Positions 16,832 through 25,806 of a DNA stretch of 64,000 bases are shown here, piece after piece. Made by a program: the position numbers and the translations under genes. Under the pieces are notes generated by a model. It saw only the letters and a program-made list of their open reading frames with translations. It was not told the DNA's origin and did no database searches. Every line of letters starts with the position of its first letter. Position 1 is the stretch's first letter. Origin of the DNA: a virus; IMG/VR virus record IMGVR_UViG_3300045988_164636, positions 32,001-96,000 of that record. One strand, written 5' to 3'.

Positions 16832-18022
16832 ATGTTAAACCCCAAAACTCAAGAAAGAGAACTTTGTTATGTAGTTGAAATTAATGATATTCAGCCTATT
16901 CCTAATTATGATAGAGTTGAATTAGCAACGGTAAATGGTTGGCATATCATCGTTCAGAAGAATCAGTTTAAGGTCGGAGATAAGGCTGTTTATTTTGAAG
17001 TAGATTCAAGAGCACCTGAAAGTGCGGAATTTGATTTTCTTGCCAAGAGAAAGTATAAAATTAAGACTTTAAAAATGTGCGGCTGCATTTCTCAAGGATT
17101 ACTTATGTCTTTTGCAGATTTTGGTTTTGCAGAAGATGAATATAATATAGGAGATTTTTTAACTAAGAAATTAAATGTTACTTATGCTGATGATGAAGAT
17201 AATGCAAGAAAGGCACCTTCCGCAGATAAGTATAAAAAGATGGAAATGCGTCATAAAAAACTTTTTAAAAATTCTTTTGTAAAGAAAGTTATGCAGTATG
17301 AAGTTGGACGTAAGATAATGTTTGTTTTCTTTGGTAAGAAGAAAGATAAGAAGTCAAGTTTCCCTAACTGGGTTGTGAAAACTGATGAAGAAAGAGCCGA
17401 AAACCTACCCTATCTATTTAATAGCAAGAATAGAGAATCTATGCATTGGATGGTTACAGAAAAGATTGATGGAACTTCTGCAACATTCACTTTGAAGAAG
17501 ATAGGTAAGCATAAGTACGATTATCGAGTATGTTCAAGAAATGTATGTTTTGATAAGCCTGATAAGAAATGCTTCTATGAAACAAATGTGTATACTGAAA
17601 TTGCAGAAAGATATAATATGGAGCAGAAACTTAAGCAGCTATTTGAAATAAGTGAAGATATAGTTTTTGTTACAATTCAAGGCGAAATATACGGGAAAAA
17701 AATCCAAAAGAGAGATTATAATATGGAAGGAACAGATCTTGCTATTTTTAATGTTATTTTTGGTTATAAAGATGGTTCAACAGAAAGGTTAAATCCTCGT
17801 GAAATGGAAGTCATTATGAAGATATATAATCTTCCTACTGTTCCAGTCCTTGATTATAACTTTACTTTACCTGTAACTTGTGATGAAATGTTAGAATATG
17901 CGGCAAGTGAAAAATCAAAAATAGACGGCGGTATGCGTGAAGGTGTTGTATTAAGAAGTTTTGATGGTAAGCAATCTTTTAAGGCTGTATCAAGAGATTT
18001 CTTACTCAAATATCATAGTTAA
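16832..18022 (+). CDS. RNA ligase, DraRnl (DRB0094) type
   Basis: The N-terminal OB-like module (VVEINDIQPIPNYDRVELATVNGWHIIVQKNQFKVGDKAVYFEVDS) is typical of the DRB0094 family as I remember it. Nucleotidyl-transferase motif I TEKIDGTS (KxDG) is present. Confidence 0.7.
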   Translation: MLNPKTQERELCYVVEINDIQPIPNYDRVELATVNGWHIIVQKNQFKVGDKAVYFEVDSRAPESAEFDFLAKRKYKIKTLKMCGCISQGLLMSFADFGFAEDEYNIGDFLTKKLNVTYADDEDNARKAPSADKYKKMEMRHKKLFKNSFVKKVMQYEVGRKIMFVFFGKKKDKKSSFPNWVVKTDEERAENLPYLFNSKNRESMHWMVTEKIDGTSATFTLKKIGKHKYDYRVCSRNVCFDKPDKKCFYETNVYTEIAERYNMEQKLKQLFEISEDIVFVTIQGEIYGKKIQKRDYNMEGTDLAIFNVIFGYKDGSTERLNPREMEVIMKIYNLPTVPVLDYNFTLPVTCDEMLEYAASEKSKIDGGMREGVVLRSFDGKQSFKAVSRDFLLKYHS

Positions 18023-18036
18023 TAGGAGTAACAATA

Positions 18037-18792
18037 ATGTCAATCTATATAACAGGAGATACTCATGGAGATTTCCGCAGATTTTCTGCGGATAATTTCC
18101 CTGAAGGTAAAACACTTACAAAAAAAGATTATGTTATTATATGCGGTGATTTTGGTGGAATATGGGATGTCAAAGAATCTTCTCCGCAAGAAAAATATTG
18201 GTTAGACTGGTTAAATGGAAAACCTTGGACTACATTGTTTGTTGATGGAAATCATGAGAATTTTGATAGACTAAACTCTTTACCTGTTGAATATTGGCAT
18301 GAAGGTTACGTTCATATTGTAAGACCAAGTATTTTACATCTTATGCGTGGTGAAAGATTTATTATTGATAATTGTCGTATACTTGCTTATGGCGGAGCAC
18401 CTAGCCATGATGTATATGATGGTATTCTTGATAGAGAAAATTATCAAACTGATGCAATATTCAAATTCAATGTTAAACGGTATCAAAAGCAACATAAAGC
18501 TTTTCGTATTAATCATATTTCTTGGTGGAAAGAAGAAGTTCCTAGCATACAAGAGTATGAGTATGCTTTAGATAATTTATGCTATCGGAGGACTAATAAT
18601 TTTTTAATTACACATGAAGCTCCCGCCCCAATTTTATCTACTTTTGGCTACCCTTATAATCAGACTTCTTTCGAAATATTTGACTTTTTGCAATATGGTT
18701 ATTTTGATAAACATTATTTTGGACATCATCATATTAATCAAGATTTTGGCAAAAGTGAATGTATATATAATATAATAAAGAAAATATGGTAA
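18037..18792 (+). CDS. metallophosphoesterase (calcineurin-like)
   Basis: Motifs ITGDTHGD, CGDFGG and DGNHEN. Confidence 0.7.
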   Translation: MSIYITGDTHGDFRRFSADNFPEGKTLTKKDYVIICGDFGGIWDVKESSPQEKYWLDWLNGKPWTTLFVDGNHENFDRLNSLPVEYWHEGYVHIVRPSILHLMRGERFIIDNCRILAYGGAPSHDVYDGILDRENYQTDAIFKFNVKRYQKQHKAFRINHISWWKEEVPSIQEYEYALDNLCYRRTNNFLITHEAPAPILSTFGYPYNQTSFEIFDFLQYGYFDKHYFGHHHINQDFGKSECIYNIIKKIW

Positions 18793-18822
18793 AGTGGAGG
18801 TTTTTCTTCCACTTTATTTTTT
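18791..18822 (+). terminator. rho-independent terminator
   Basis: Stem aaagtgga / tccacttt, followed by attttttt. Confidence 0.65.
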
Positions 18823-18874
18823 AAAGAATTTTTGTTAAAATATTATTAGATTAAAAAGAAAGAGTTGATGAAAT

Positions 18875-19204
18875 ATGATAAGTAGATTTTTTTGTTGTGA
18901 ATGTGGTCAGGAAGGAATACCAATCTTCCGCAAACCAAGCTGTAAAAGAGAAAGAGGTCATTTAAAAAATTTATTTTGTGTACATTGTGGACGAGAAACT
19001 AATCATGTCGAGATAAAAGAAAATGACTTTGAATATACCTATGAAGATTTTGAAAAAGAATTTAAATTAGGTAGATTTATTAATGGAAAACGCATTCCAG
19101 TTAATGAATTGCAATACTGTAGCAATATTAATTGTAGTAGATATGTAAATGGCAAATGTTGGGATGCCGCAAATATTTCAAACTGTAAATATAAGGAGGG
19201 ATAA
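18875..19204 (+). CDS. zinc-ribbon protein
   Basis: CCECG...CVHCG pairs plus a Cys-rich C-terminus. An extended -10 (tgtTAAAAT at 18834-18841) lies upstream. Confidence 0.5.
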   Translation: MISRFFCCECGQEGIPIFRKPSCKRERGHLKNLFCVHCGRETNHVEIKENDFEYTYEDFEKEFKLGRFINGKRIPVNELQYCSNINCSRYVNGKCWDAANISNCKYKEG

Positions 19205-19205
19205 A

Positions 19206-19760
19206 ATGTCTATCTTAATAACATCAGATCTTCACTTGAATCATGATAAAGATTTTATTTATGGCTCAAGAGGATATTCTACTGTAAAAGAAATGAATGA
19301 AGATATAGTAACGAAGTGGAACATGACTATTGATAATAAAGATACAATTTATGTTCTCGGTGACATTATGATGGGTAAGGACATAGAAACTGCCGCACAC
19401 TATTGGAATAAATTAAAGGGCGATAAAAAAATAATCTTAGGTAATCATGATTCTAAGAAAAAAATTGAATTGTATCAAACCTGCCCTAACACAGAAGTAA
19501 TTGGATATGGCGGAATTATTAAATATAAAGGGTATAGATTTTATTTATCTCATTATCCTGCTCTTTGCGGAAATGCAGATGATAGAGATTTAAAATCTTG
19601 TACAATTAATTTATGTGGACATAAACATACTAAAAATGCTTTTGAAGATTGGAATTTAGGAAAAATTTATCATATTGAATTAGATACTAATTTTATGTAT
19701 CCTTGTGACTTGGACTTAATTTTATTTAATATAAAGGAGAAAATGAGAAATGACTTTTAA
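19206..19760 (+). CDS. metallophosphoesterase
   Basis: Start at ATG 19206 after taaggaggg. Motifs SDLHLNHD, GDIMMG, GNHD and GHKH. Confidence 0.7.
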   Translation: MSILITSDLHLNHDKDFIYGSRGYSTVKEMNEDIVTKWNMTIDNKDTIYVLGDIMMGKDIETAAHYWNKLKGDKKIILGNHDSKKKIELYQTCPNTEVIGYGGIIKYKGYRFYLSHYPALCGNADDRDLKSCTINLCGHKHTKNAFEDWNLGKIYHIELDTNFMYPCDLDLILFNIKEKMRNDF

Positions 19761-20241
19761 ATTATATGCAGAATATTATAATGAAGAAATGGGTATGACT
19801 TTAGTTTTTAAAACAGATCGAGGATTCTTTACGGGTCATGCCAAACTTCACGAAGGAGAAGAAAGAGTTAGTAAGTTCATTGCAGGTGAGATTGCCGAAA
19901 TGAAGGCAAGACGAGATTATTACAATGATAAAAGGAAAGAATATAATGTTCAGAAGAAAACATATGAATATCTTATTAATGCTATTGAAAGTAAATCAAC
20001 TTTTTATCCTGATGATGTTGAATATAAGACTATTTTAAAAAACTATTATAATCTTTTATCTTTAATATGTACGAATGATAAAGAGATACAAAGATTAACT
20101 AGATGTATTAAAAATAGAGCTTCTGATGAAGAATATGCTATTAATTTAAATGAATTCTTAGAAAAACAGAAAACAAAAAGAGCAAAATCAAAGAAAGAAT
20201 TTGAAGAACTTTTAAAGAAGCAGAATAAACTTAAGGAGTGA
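19750..20241 (+). CDS. hypothetical protein
   Basis: 163-aa ORF, Lys/Glu-rich at the C-terminus. Confidence 0.5.
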   Translation: MTFKLYAEYYNEEMGMTLVFKTDRGFFTGHAKLHEGEERVSKFIAGEIAEMKARRDYYNDKRKEYNVQKKTYEYLINAIESKSTFYPDDVEYKTILKNYYNLLSLICTNDKEIQRLTRCIKNRASDEEYAINLNEFLEKQKTKRAKSKKEFEELLKKQNKLKE

Positions 20242-20489
20242 ATAGATTGGGACAAGAAAATACTCCAACAGTAACAGGTAGAATTGTTAATGAAACAAAT
20301 GATACTAAAGGAACCGGTATAGTAGCAAAATTCGTTGTTATTGAAAATGCAGAGTGGTCTGAAAATATGAAATGTGTAGAAGATGAATGCGGAGATTTTT
20401 ATTTTGGATATAGATGTTCAAATTGTAAGGCTATTATGAATAGAACAAAATTTTGCGGCAATTGCGGAGCAAGAATGATTAATTATTAA
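20238..20489 (+). CDS. zinc-ribbon protein
   Basis: CSNCK...CGNCG motif. The start is uncertain: GTG 20238 or TTG 20247. Confidence 0.45.
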   Translation: MNRLGQENTPTVTGRIVNETNDTKGTGIVAKFVVIENAEWSENMKCVEDECGDFYFGYRCSNCKAIMNRTKFCGNCGARMINY

Positions 20490-20565
20490 ATGGGTAATTT
20501 TAATTTATTTCTTTAAGATTACTTTTATATATAATTGTGAAATAAATTAAAAAAGGAGCTTTCCT

Positions 20566-21753
20566 ATGAAAAAATTTTATGATACCTGTAGTCTTTTAGA
20601 TCTACAGGAAAAGGCTTTTGAGGAAGATTTTTATATTAGTATTATTACTTTAAGAGAATTAGAAAATATAAAAACCTCTGCAAATAAAGATGCGGAAACC
20701 AAATACAAAGCCAGAAAATTGTCTAAACTTTTACAAAAATATGCAGATAAATATGAAGTAATTTTAGACCAAACTAATGATATAATTACCGCAGATGATA
20801 GAATAATATCTGCCGCACAGTCAGTGGAATGTCAATTTGTAACCAAAGATATGTGTTGTTGGAATTTAGCAAAAGCCAAACATTTAAATATGGATTTTAT
20901 AATTGATAACACTATTGATGGTTATACTGGTTTCAAAGAAATATTTGTTCCAACAGAAGAAAATTTAGCTTATTTTTATGAGCATATGAATGAAAACATT
21001 TTTGATTTATTACGGAATGAATATTTAATCATAAAAACTGCGGAAGATGGTAAGATTGGTCCATATATTTGGACAGGAACAGAATATCAAGAAATTGGGT
21101 ATCCTAATTTTTGTTCAGAACAGTTTGGAAAAATAAAACCAAAAGATGAATATCAACTTGCTGCGATGGATTGTCTTAGCCGCAATCAAATAAGTATGGT
21201 AAGAGGCGGCGCCGGAACAGGCAAATCATTTCTATCTTTAGCTTATTTATTTCATCTTTTAGAGGAAGGTCAAATAGATAAAATCATTGTCTTTTGTAAT
21301 ACTATAGCTACAATTGGATCCGCTAAGCTTGGATATTACCCCGGAAGCAAGGATGAGAAGCTTTTAGACTCTCAAATTGGTAATATCTTGACCAGTAAAT
21401 TAGGTGATAGTTTTGCTGTTGAACAAATGATTGAATCTGGAAAATTACTTTTATTACCATTTTCTGATTTAAGAGGTTTTGATACAACAGGTATGAGAGC
21501 AGGAGTTTATATAACAGAAGCTCAGAATCTTGATATTAATCTTATGAAGCTGGCATTACAAAGAATTGGTGATGATTGTATTTGTATTTTAGATGGTGAT
21601 TCAGATACTCAGGTTGATGATTCTAATTATGCAGGTATTAATAATGGTATGAGAAGAACTTCTGAAATTTTCAGAGGTCATGATATATATGGAGAAGTTA
21701 CACTTCAAAGAGTTTATCGAAGCAAAATTGCGGAAATAGCTGAGCAAATGTAG
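20566..21753 (+). CDS. phoH: PIN-domain / PhoH-like ATPase
   Basis: N-terminal PIN-like region (FYDTCSLLD...). Walker A GGAGTGKS is followed by PhoH-type motifs. Confidence 0.75.
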   Translation: MKKFYDTCSLLDLQEKAFEEDFYISIITLRELENIKTSANKDAETKYKARKLSKLLQKYADKYEVILDQTNDIITADDRIISAAQSVECQFVTKDMCCWNLAKAKHLNMDFIIDNTIDGYTGFKEIFVPTEENLAYFYEHMNENIFDLLRNEYLIIKTAEDGKIGPYIWTGTEYQEIGYPNFCSEQFGKIKPKDEYQLAAMDCLSRNQISMVRGGAGTGKSFLSLAYLFHLLEEGQIDKIIVFCNTIATIGSAKLGYYPGSKDEKLLDSQIGNILTSKLGDSFAVEQMIESGKLLLLPFSDLRGFDTTGMRAGVYITEAQNLDINLMKLALQRIGDDCICILDGDSDTQVDDSNYAGINNGMRRTSEIFRGHDIYGEVTLQRVYRSKIAEIAEQM

Positions 21754-21764
21754 GAAAGGAAAAA

Positions 21765-22241
21765 ATGTTAAAACCAGCAATTTTATATAAAAAAGAAATT
21801 GAACAGAATATCTTAAATTTAGCTTATAGTGATGAAATGTTTCTATTTACTGGAACTTTAAAATATATTATCCCCGATTTTGAAGATAATAATGGATCTT
21901 TATATCAATATGCAATTCTTGATAAAGATAAAATTATAGGATATTTTACTTATTATATTGACTGGTATATTTCAAGTGTTAGTAATTTTGGACTAATTGC
22001 TTTTGAAAAAGATAACTCGAATATAGGTATAAATATTTATAGAGAAATCAAGAGGATAATTAATGAATATCATATTCATCGGATAGAATGGCGTATGGTA
22101 GGAAATAATCCAGTTGAAAAACATTATAATAAATTTTGTAAAAAATACAATGGAAATAAATATATTTTGAAAGATGCGTTAAGAGATAAACAAGGGCTTT
22201 ATCATGATGATGTAATTTATGAAATAGTTTTTAATAATTAA
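21765..22241 (+). CDS. hypothetical protein, possibly GNAT-fold
   Basis: 158 aa. The IHRIEWRMVGNNPVEKHYNKFCKKYNG segment resembles the GNAT C-terminal core. Evidence is weak. Confidence 0.35.
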   Translation: MLKPAILYKKEIEQNILNLAYSDEMFLFTGTLKYIIPDFEDNNGSLYQYAILDKDKIIGYFTYYIDWYISSVSNFGLIAFEKDNSNIGINIYREIKRIINEYHIHRIEWRMVGNNPVEKHYNKFCKKYNGNKYILKDALRDKQGLYHDDVIYEIVFNN

Positions 22242-22242
22242 A

Positions 22243-22273
22243 GGGAGAATTAAATTCTCCCTTTATTTTTTTT
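22243..22273 (+). terminator. rho-independent terminator
   Basis: Stem gggagaat / attctccc, followed by tttatttttttt. Confidence 0.7.
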
Positions 22274-22311
22274 GAATTTTATTATATAATAAAATAAAAA
22301 AGGAGAAAAAT

Positions 22312-22776
22312 ATGATAGAAATTTATACAGATGGTAGTTCAGCAAAAATTGGAAGTGGCTATGGCACAATAGTTATGTTAGATAGTCCTTATATTATATC
22401 AGAATATTTTGAAGAGGGAACTAATAATCAGATGGAACTAAAGGCAATAATTGCCGCACTAGAGTTTGCAAAAGAACATAAAGAAGATAAATTTATTATC
22501 TATTCGGATTCAGCTTATTGCGTAAATATGTGTAATGACTGGATTTTTAATTGGGCTGCGGCAGGCTGGAGGAGAGGAAAAAATAAGGAAATTTTAAATT
22601 TAGATTTAGTAAAAAAAATATATTCTTTATTAGATACCACTTTTAACCGTAATTATACTATTGAAAAGGTTGATGGACATAGCGGTAATATTGGTAATGA
22701 GATAGCTGATGCTGTTGCTACAAGAAATAAAGTAAAATTGAACAAATTTTTAGAAAAGTATGAGAGAGAAGTTTGA
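22312..22776 (+). CDS. rnhA: ribonuclease HI
   Basis: IYTDGS, NNQMELKAIIAALE, IYSDSAY and GHSGNIGNEIADAVA match the RNase H DEDD core. Confidence 0.8.
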   Translation: MIEIYTDGSSAKIGSGYGTIVMLDSPYIISEYFEEGTNNQMELKAIIAALEFAKEHKEDKFIIYSDSAYCVNMCNDWIFNWAAAGWRRGKNKEILNLDLVKKIYSLLDTTFNRNYTIEKVDGHSGNIGNEIADAVATRNKVKLNKFLEKYEREV

Positions 22777-22830
22777 AATTTATAAAAAAATTTGCTATAA
22801 TAATAAAAGATAAAAAGAAAGGAGAAAAAG

Positions 22831-24342
22831 ATGAAAAATAATATTAATTATTCTGCTGATTCAGTCCAGACGTTGATTGGACTGGAGCCTTTTAGAAAAT
22901 CTCCCGGTATGTATATTGGTGATACTGGAGAATATGGACTTCATCATATAGTTAAAGAGATTATTAATAATTCGGTAGATGAAGCTTTAAATGCCAATTG
23001 TACACATATTAATATAACATTGTTAAAAGATGGCGGAGTTCAGATTGAAGATGATGGACGAGGTTTCCCGCATGGAATGTTAGACGATACATTTTCTATT
23101 TTAGGAGGATGTTTCGGAAAGGAACATACCGGAGGAAAGTTTAACAATAATGGTGAATCAGGATATAATACTTCTGGTGGTATGCATGGTATAGGATGTA
23201 AATGTGCTGCAGCTCTTGGTATTAAAACTATAGCTATTTCGCATAGAGATGGTATTGAAGAAATAGTTGAATTTTCAAGAGGTAAAATGATTAAGCAGAT
23301 AACTGATAATAAATGTGATTCTAATTTGCATGGAACTTTAGTTATTTGGTATCCAGATCCAGAAATATTTAAGACAACAATTACATTCAATAGAGAAAAG
23401 ATTGAAAAAGAATTCTGTCAAGAATACAGTTTTTTAAATAGCGGATTATATTTTACCATTAAAGATGAGAGAACAAATTATTATAAAGAATATTATTCAA
23501 AAAATGGTATTGAAGATTACTTAAATTATTTAAATAAAGATAAGACTTATATTTTACATCCAGTGTGTTTTTCTGCGGAAGAAGGAAATTATAGTATTGA
23601 ACTTGGAATTGCTTATAATACGGAATATTCTAATTCAATAAGATTATATACTAATAGTATCCCTCAAACAAAAGGAACTCACTTAACTGGATTTAAAACA
23701 GCTTGGACTTCCGCAATTAATAAGTTTGCAAAAGAAAATAAATGGTTAAAAGCAAATGATAGTAATTTATCTGGTGATGATTTATTAGAAGGTCAGCTTT
23801 TGATAATAAACTTTAAAATGGTTGACCCTATTTTTGAAGGACAGACAAAAGAAAATTTAACCTCGGCGGAAGGTAGAACTTATACTCAGAAATTGATTTC
23901 TTCTTCTTTTGAAGAAATATTCAATAGCCGCAAAAACGAAATTAAAACAGTAGTTGATAAGGCAACAAGTGCAAGAAAAGCAAGAGATGCCGCAAAAAAG
24001 GCAAGAGAAAGAATAAGAGAAGGAAATAAAAAAGGATTAAAGGCAAAAATGGCAATCAGTAAAAAATTTGTTGATTGCATATCTAAAAATCCTGCGGAAA
24101 GAAATCTTCTCTTGGTTGAAGGAAATAGTGCGGCAAGTAGTGCAATTGAAGCAAGAAACGCAAAGACTGATTGTATTTATATGTTAAGAGGTAAAGTTGT
24201 AAGTCCGCTAAAAACTCCAATTGATAAACTTTTAGCTAATCAAGAAATTTCAGATATAGTTAAGGTAATTGGAGCTGGATTTGGTAACGACTTCGATGTG
24301 AATAAGATGAACTTTGATAAAATCGTTATAACCTCGGATGCT
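22831..24342 (+). CDS. gyrB: type IIA topoisomerase subunit B (GyrB/ParE-like), exon 1
   Basis: GHKL motifs EIINNSVDEAL, DDGRGFP, GGMHGIG, QTKENL and TOPRIM LLVEGNSAASSA. The conserved ITSDA|D.DG motif is cut after codon 504. The read-through (KRMKLAV*) is non-homologous. Confidence 0.85.
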
Positions 24343-25394
24343 AAGAGAATGAAATTGGCTGTGTAATACCTTTCAAGTTTACCACTTGGGTAACTTTATA
24401 TAAACCATCTTAGTCATTTTTGAATGAGATATAGATGGAATTAATATAAAGTTGCTAACGGGGAAACCTGACCAGATAGTGCTGAAGGTAATCCCGTGGC
24501 AAACATTATTTAATTCCTTATTATTATTAAAAGGAGAAAACATATAATGATAGGAATTTATAAAATCACTAACAAAAATACAGGTAAAGTTTATATCGGG
24601 CAATCTGATAATATTGAAAGAAGATTAAACGAACACAAACAAAAAAGAACTCAAACAATAGATAATTATATCAATGTTTTGGGTGTAGAAAATTTTGATT
24701 TTGAAATTTTGGAAGAATGTAAGAAAGAAGATTTAGATTTAAAAGAAAAGGAATATATTAAAAAATATAATTCTCAAATTAAAGGATATAATATTCAACA
24801 AGGTGGGTATAATAATTCTCAAGGTGAAGGTAATGGAAGAGCTCTTTTAACGGAGGCAGATGTTATCTTTATCAGAACAGCTTATCAAAATCATGAATCG
24901 CCAAAAGAAATTTTTGAAAAATATTTTTCAGACAAAATAACAAAAAATAATTTTCAAAGTGTTTGGCAAGGAAGAACTTGGATAAATATTATGCCAGAAG
25001 TTTATACTGAAGAAAATAAGAAATATTATATTTCTGGACAACAAAAAGCAAAATCTTCTCTTTCAAAAGAAGAAGTTCTCTTATATAGACAATATTATGT
25101 TGATCATACAAGAGAAGAAGTTTATCAAAAGATGTTATCTGATAAAGGCGATATTTTAAAAAAAGCTACTTTTTTTAAAATATTAATAGGTGATGTCAGA
25201 GATAATAGTATTTATAAAGAAATTCCAATTTATAAAAAATCAAAAAAGTGTTGGGAATTAAATAATGAGGCTGTATCGACTATCCCCGAATCGGGGGAGT
25301 AGAGCTATTATTGGTACATAGTTCGAAATGGTATCCTTAGTTTTATAGACTAAGTAAGAGATAGTCAGGGCTTATAGAAATATAAGAATAACCG
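24343..25394 (+). mobile_element. group I intron (1052 nt) carrying a GIY-YIG homing-endonuclease ORF
   Basis: The 5' exon ends in U (gct) and the intron ends in G (ccg). R/S-like core elements tatcgactat (25274-25283) and agatagtcag (25359-25368) can form P7. Joining the exons restores ITSDA-DSDGLDIELLLVTFFF. Confidence 0.8.
24547..25302 (+). CDS. GIY-YIG homing endonuclease (intron-encoded)
   Basis: GIYKITNKNTGKVYIGQSDNIERRLNEHK. RBS aaaggagaaaac. The C-terminus runs into the intron core. Confidence 0.85.
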   Translation: MIGIYKITNKNTGKVYIGQSDNIERRLNEHKQKRTQTIDNYINVLGVENFDFEILEECKKEDLDLKEKEYIKKYNSQIKGYNIQQGGYNNSQGEGNGRALLTEADVIFIRTAYQNHESPKEIFEKYFSDKITKNNFQSVWQGRTWINIMPEVYTEENKKYYISGQQKAKSSLSKEEVLLYRQYYVDHTREEVYQKMLSDKGDILKKATFFKILIGDVRDNSIYKEIPIYKKSKKCWELNNEAVSTIPESGE

Positions 25395-25793
25395 GATTCA
25401 GATGGGCTAGATATTGAACTTCTTCTAGTTACATTCTTCTTTACCTACATGAGACCACTTGTAGAAGCTGGTAAATTATATAGAGCGGTAACCCCTCTTT
25501 ATATAATCAAAAATGGTAAAGAAAAAGTATATATATATTCAGAAGATGAGTTTACAGATTGGAAGACCAGACATGGTAACCCTACCGAGATATTACGAGC
25601 GAAGGGTCTAGGAGAGTTAGACGCAACCGTACTTCACGAGGTATGTTTCGAGAACCAAAGATTTAGGCGAATTACGATTTCAGATGTAGACCAAGCGGCC
25701 GCACTTCTTGATACATTACAGGGTAAAGCAGTTGAACCTCGTAAAAAGTATATTTATGAAAATGCGGAACATTTAGGATTTAATTTTGATTAA
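25395..25793 (+). CDS. gyrB: type IIA topoisomerase subunit B, exon 2
   Basis: An open frame with no start codon begins at DSDGLDIELLLVTFFFTYMRPLVEAGKLYRAVTPLY. This is the conserved GyrB TOPRIM/tail segment and is in frame with exon 1. Confidence 0.8.
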   Translation, partial: DSDGLDIELLLVTFFFTYMRPLVEAGKLYRAVTPLYIIKNGKEKVYIYSEDEFTDWKTRHGNPTEILRAKGLGELDATVLHEVCFENQRFRRITISDVDQAAALLDTLQGKAVEPRKKYIYENAEHLGFNFD

Positions 25794-25806
25794 TGGAGGC
25801 GTATAA

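Noticed and set aside
24366-25449. Reading the gyrB pieces (and likewise the nrdD and Sak4 pieces) as naturally split subunits or frameshifted pseudogenes.
   Set aside because: Each break falls inside an invariant motif. The downstream frames lack start codons and RBSs. Each insert carries a homing-endonuclease ORF plus group I core-like elements with U/G splice-site nucleotides. Introns explain all of these observations together.
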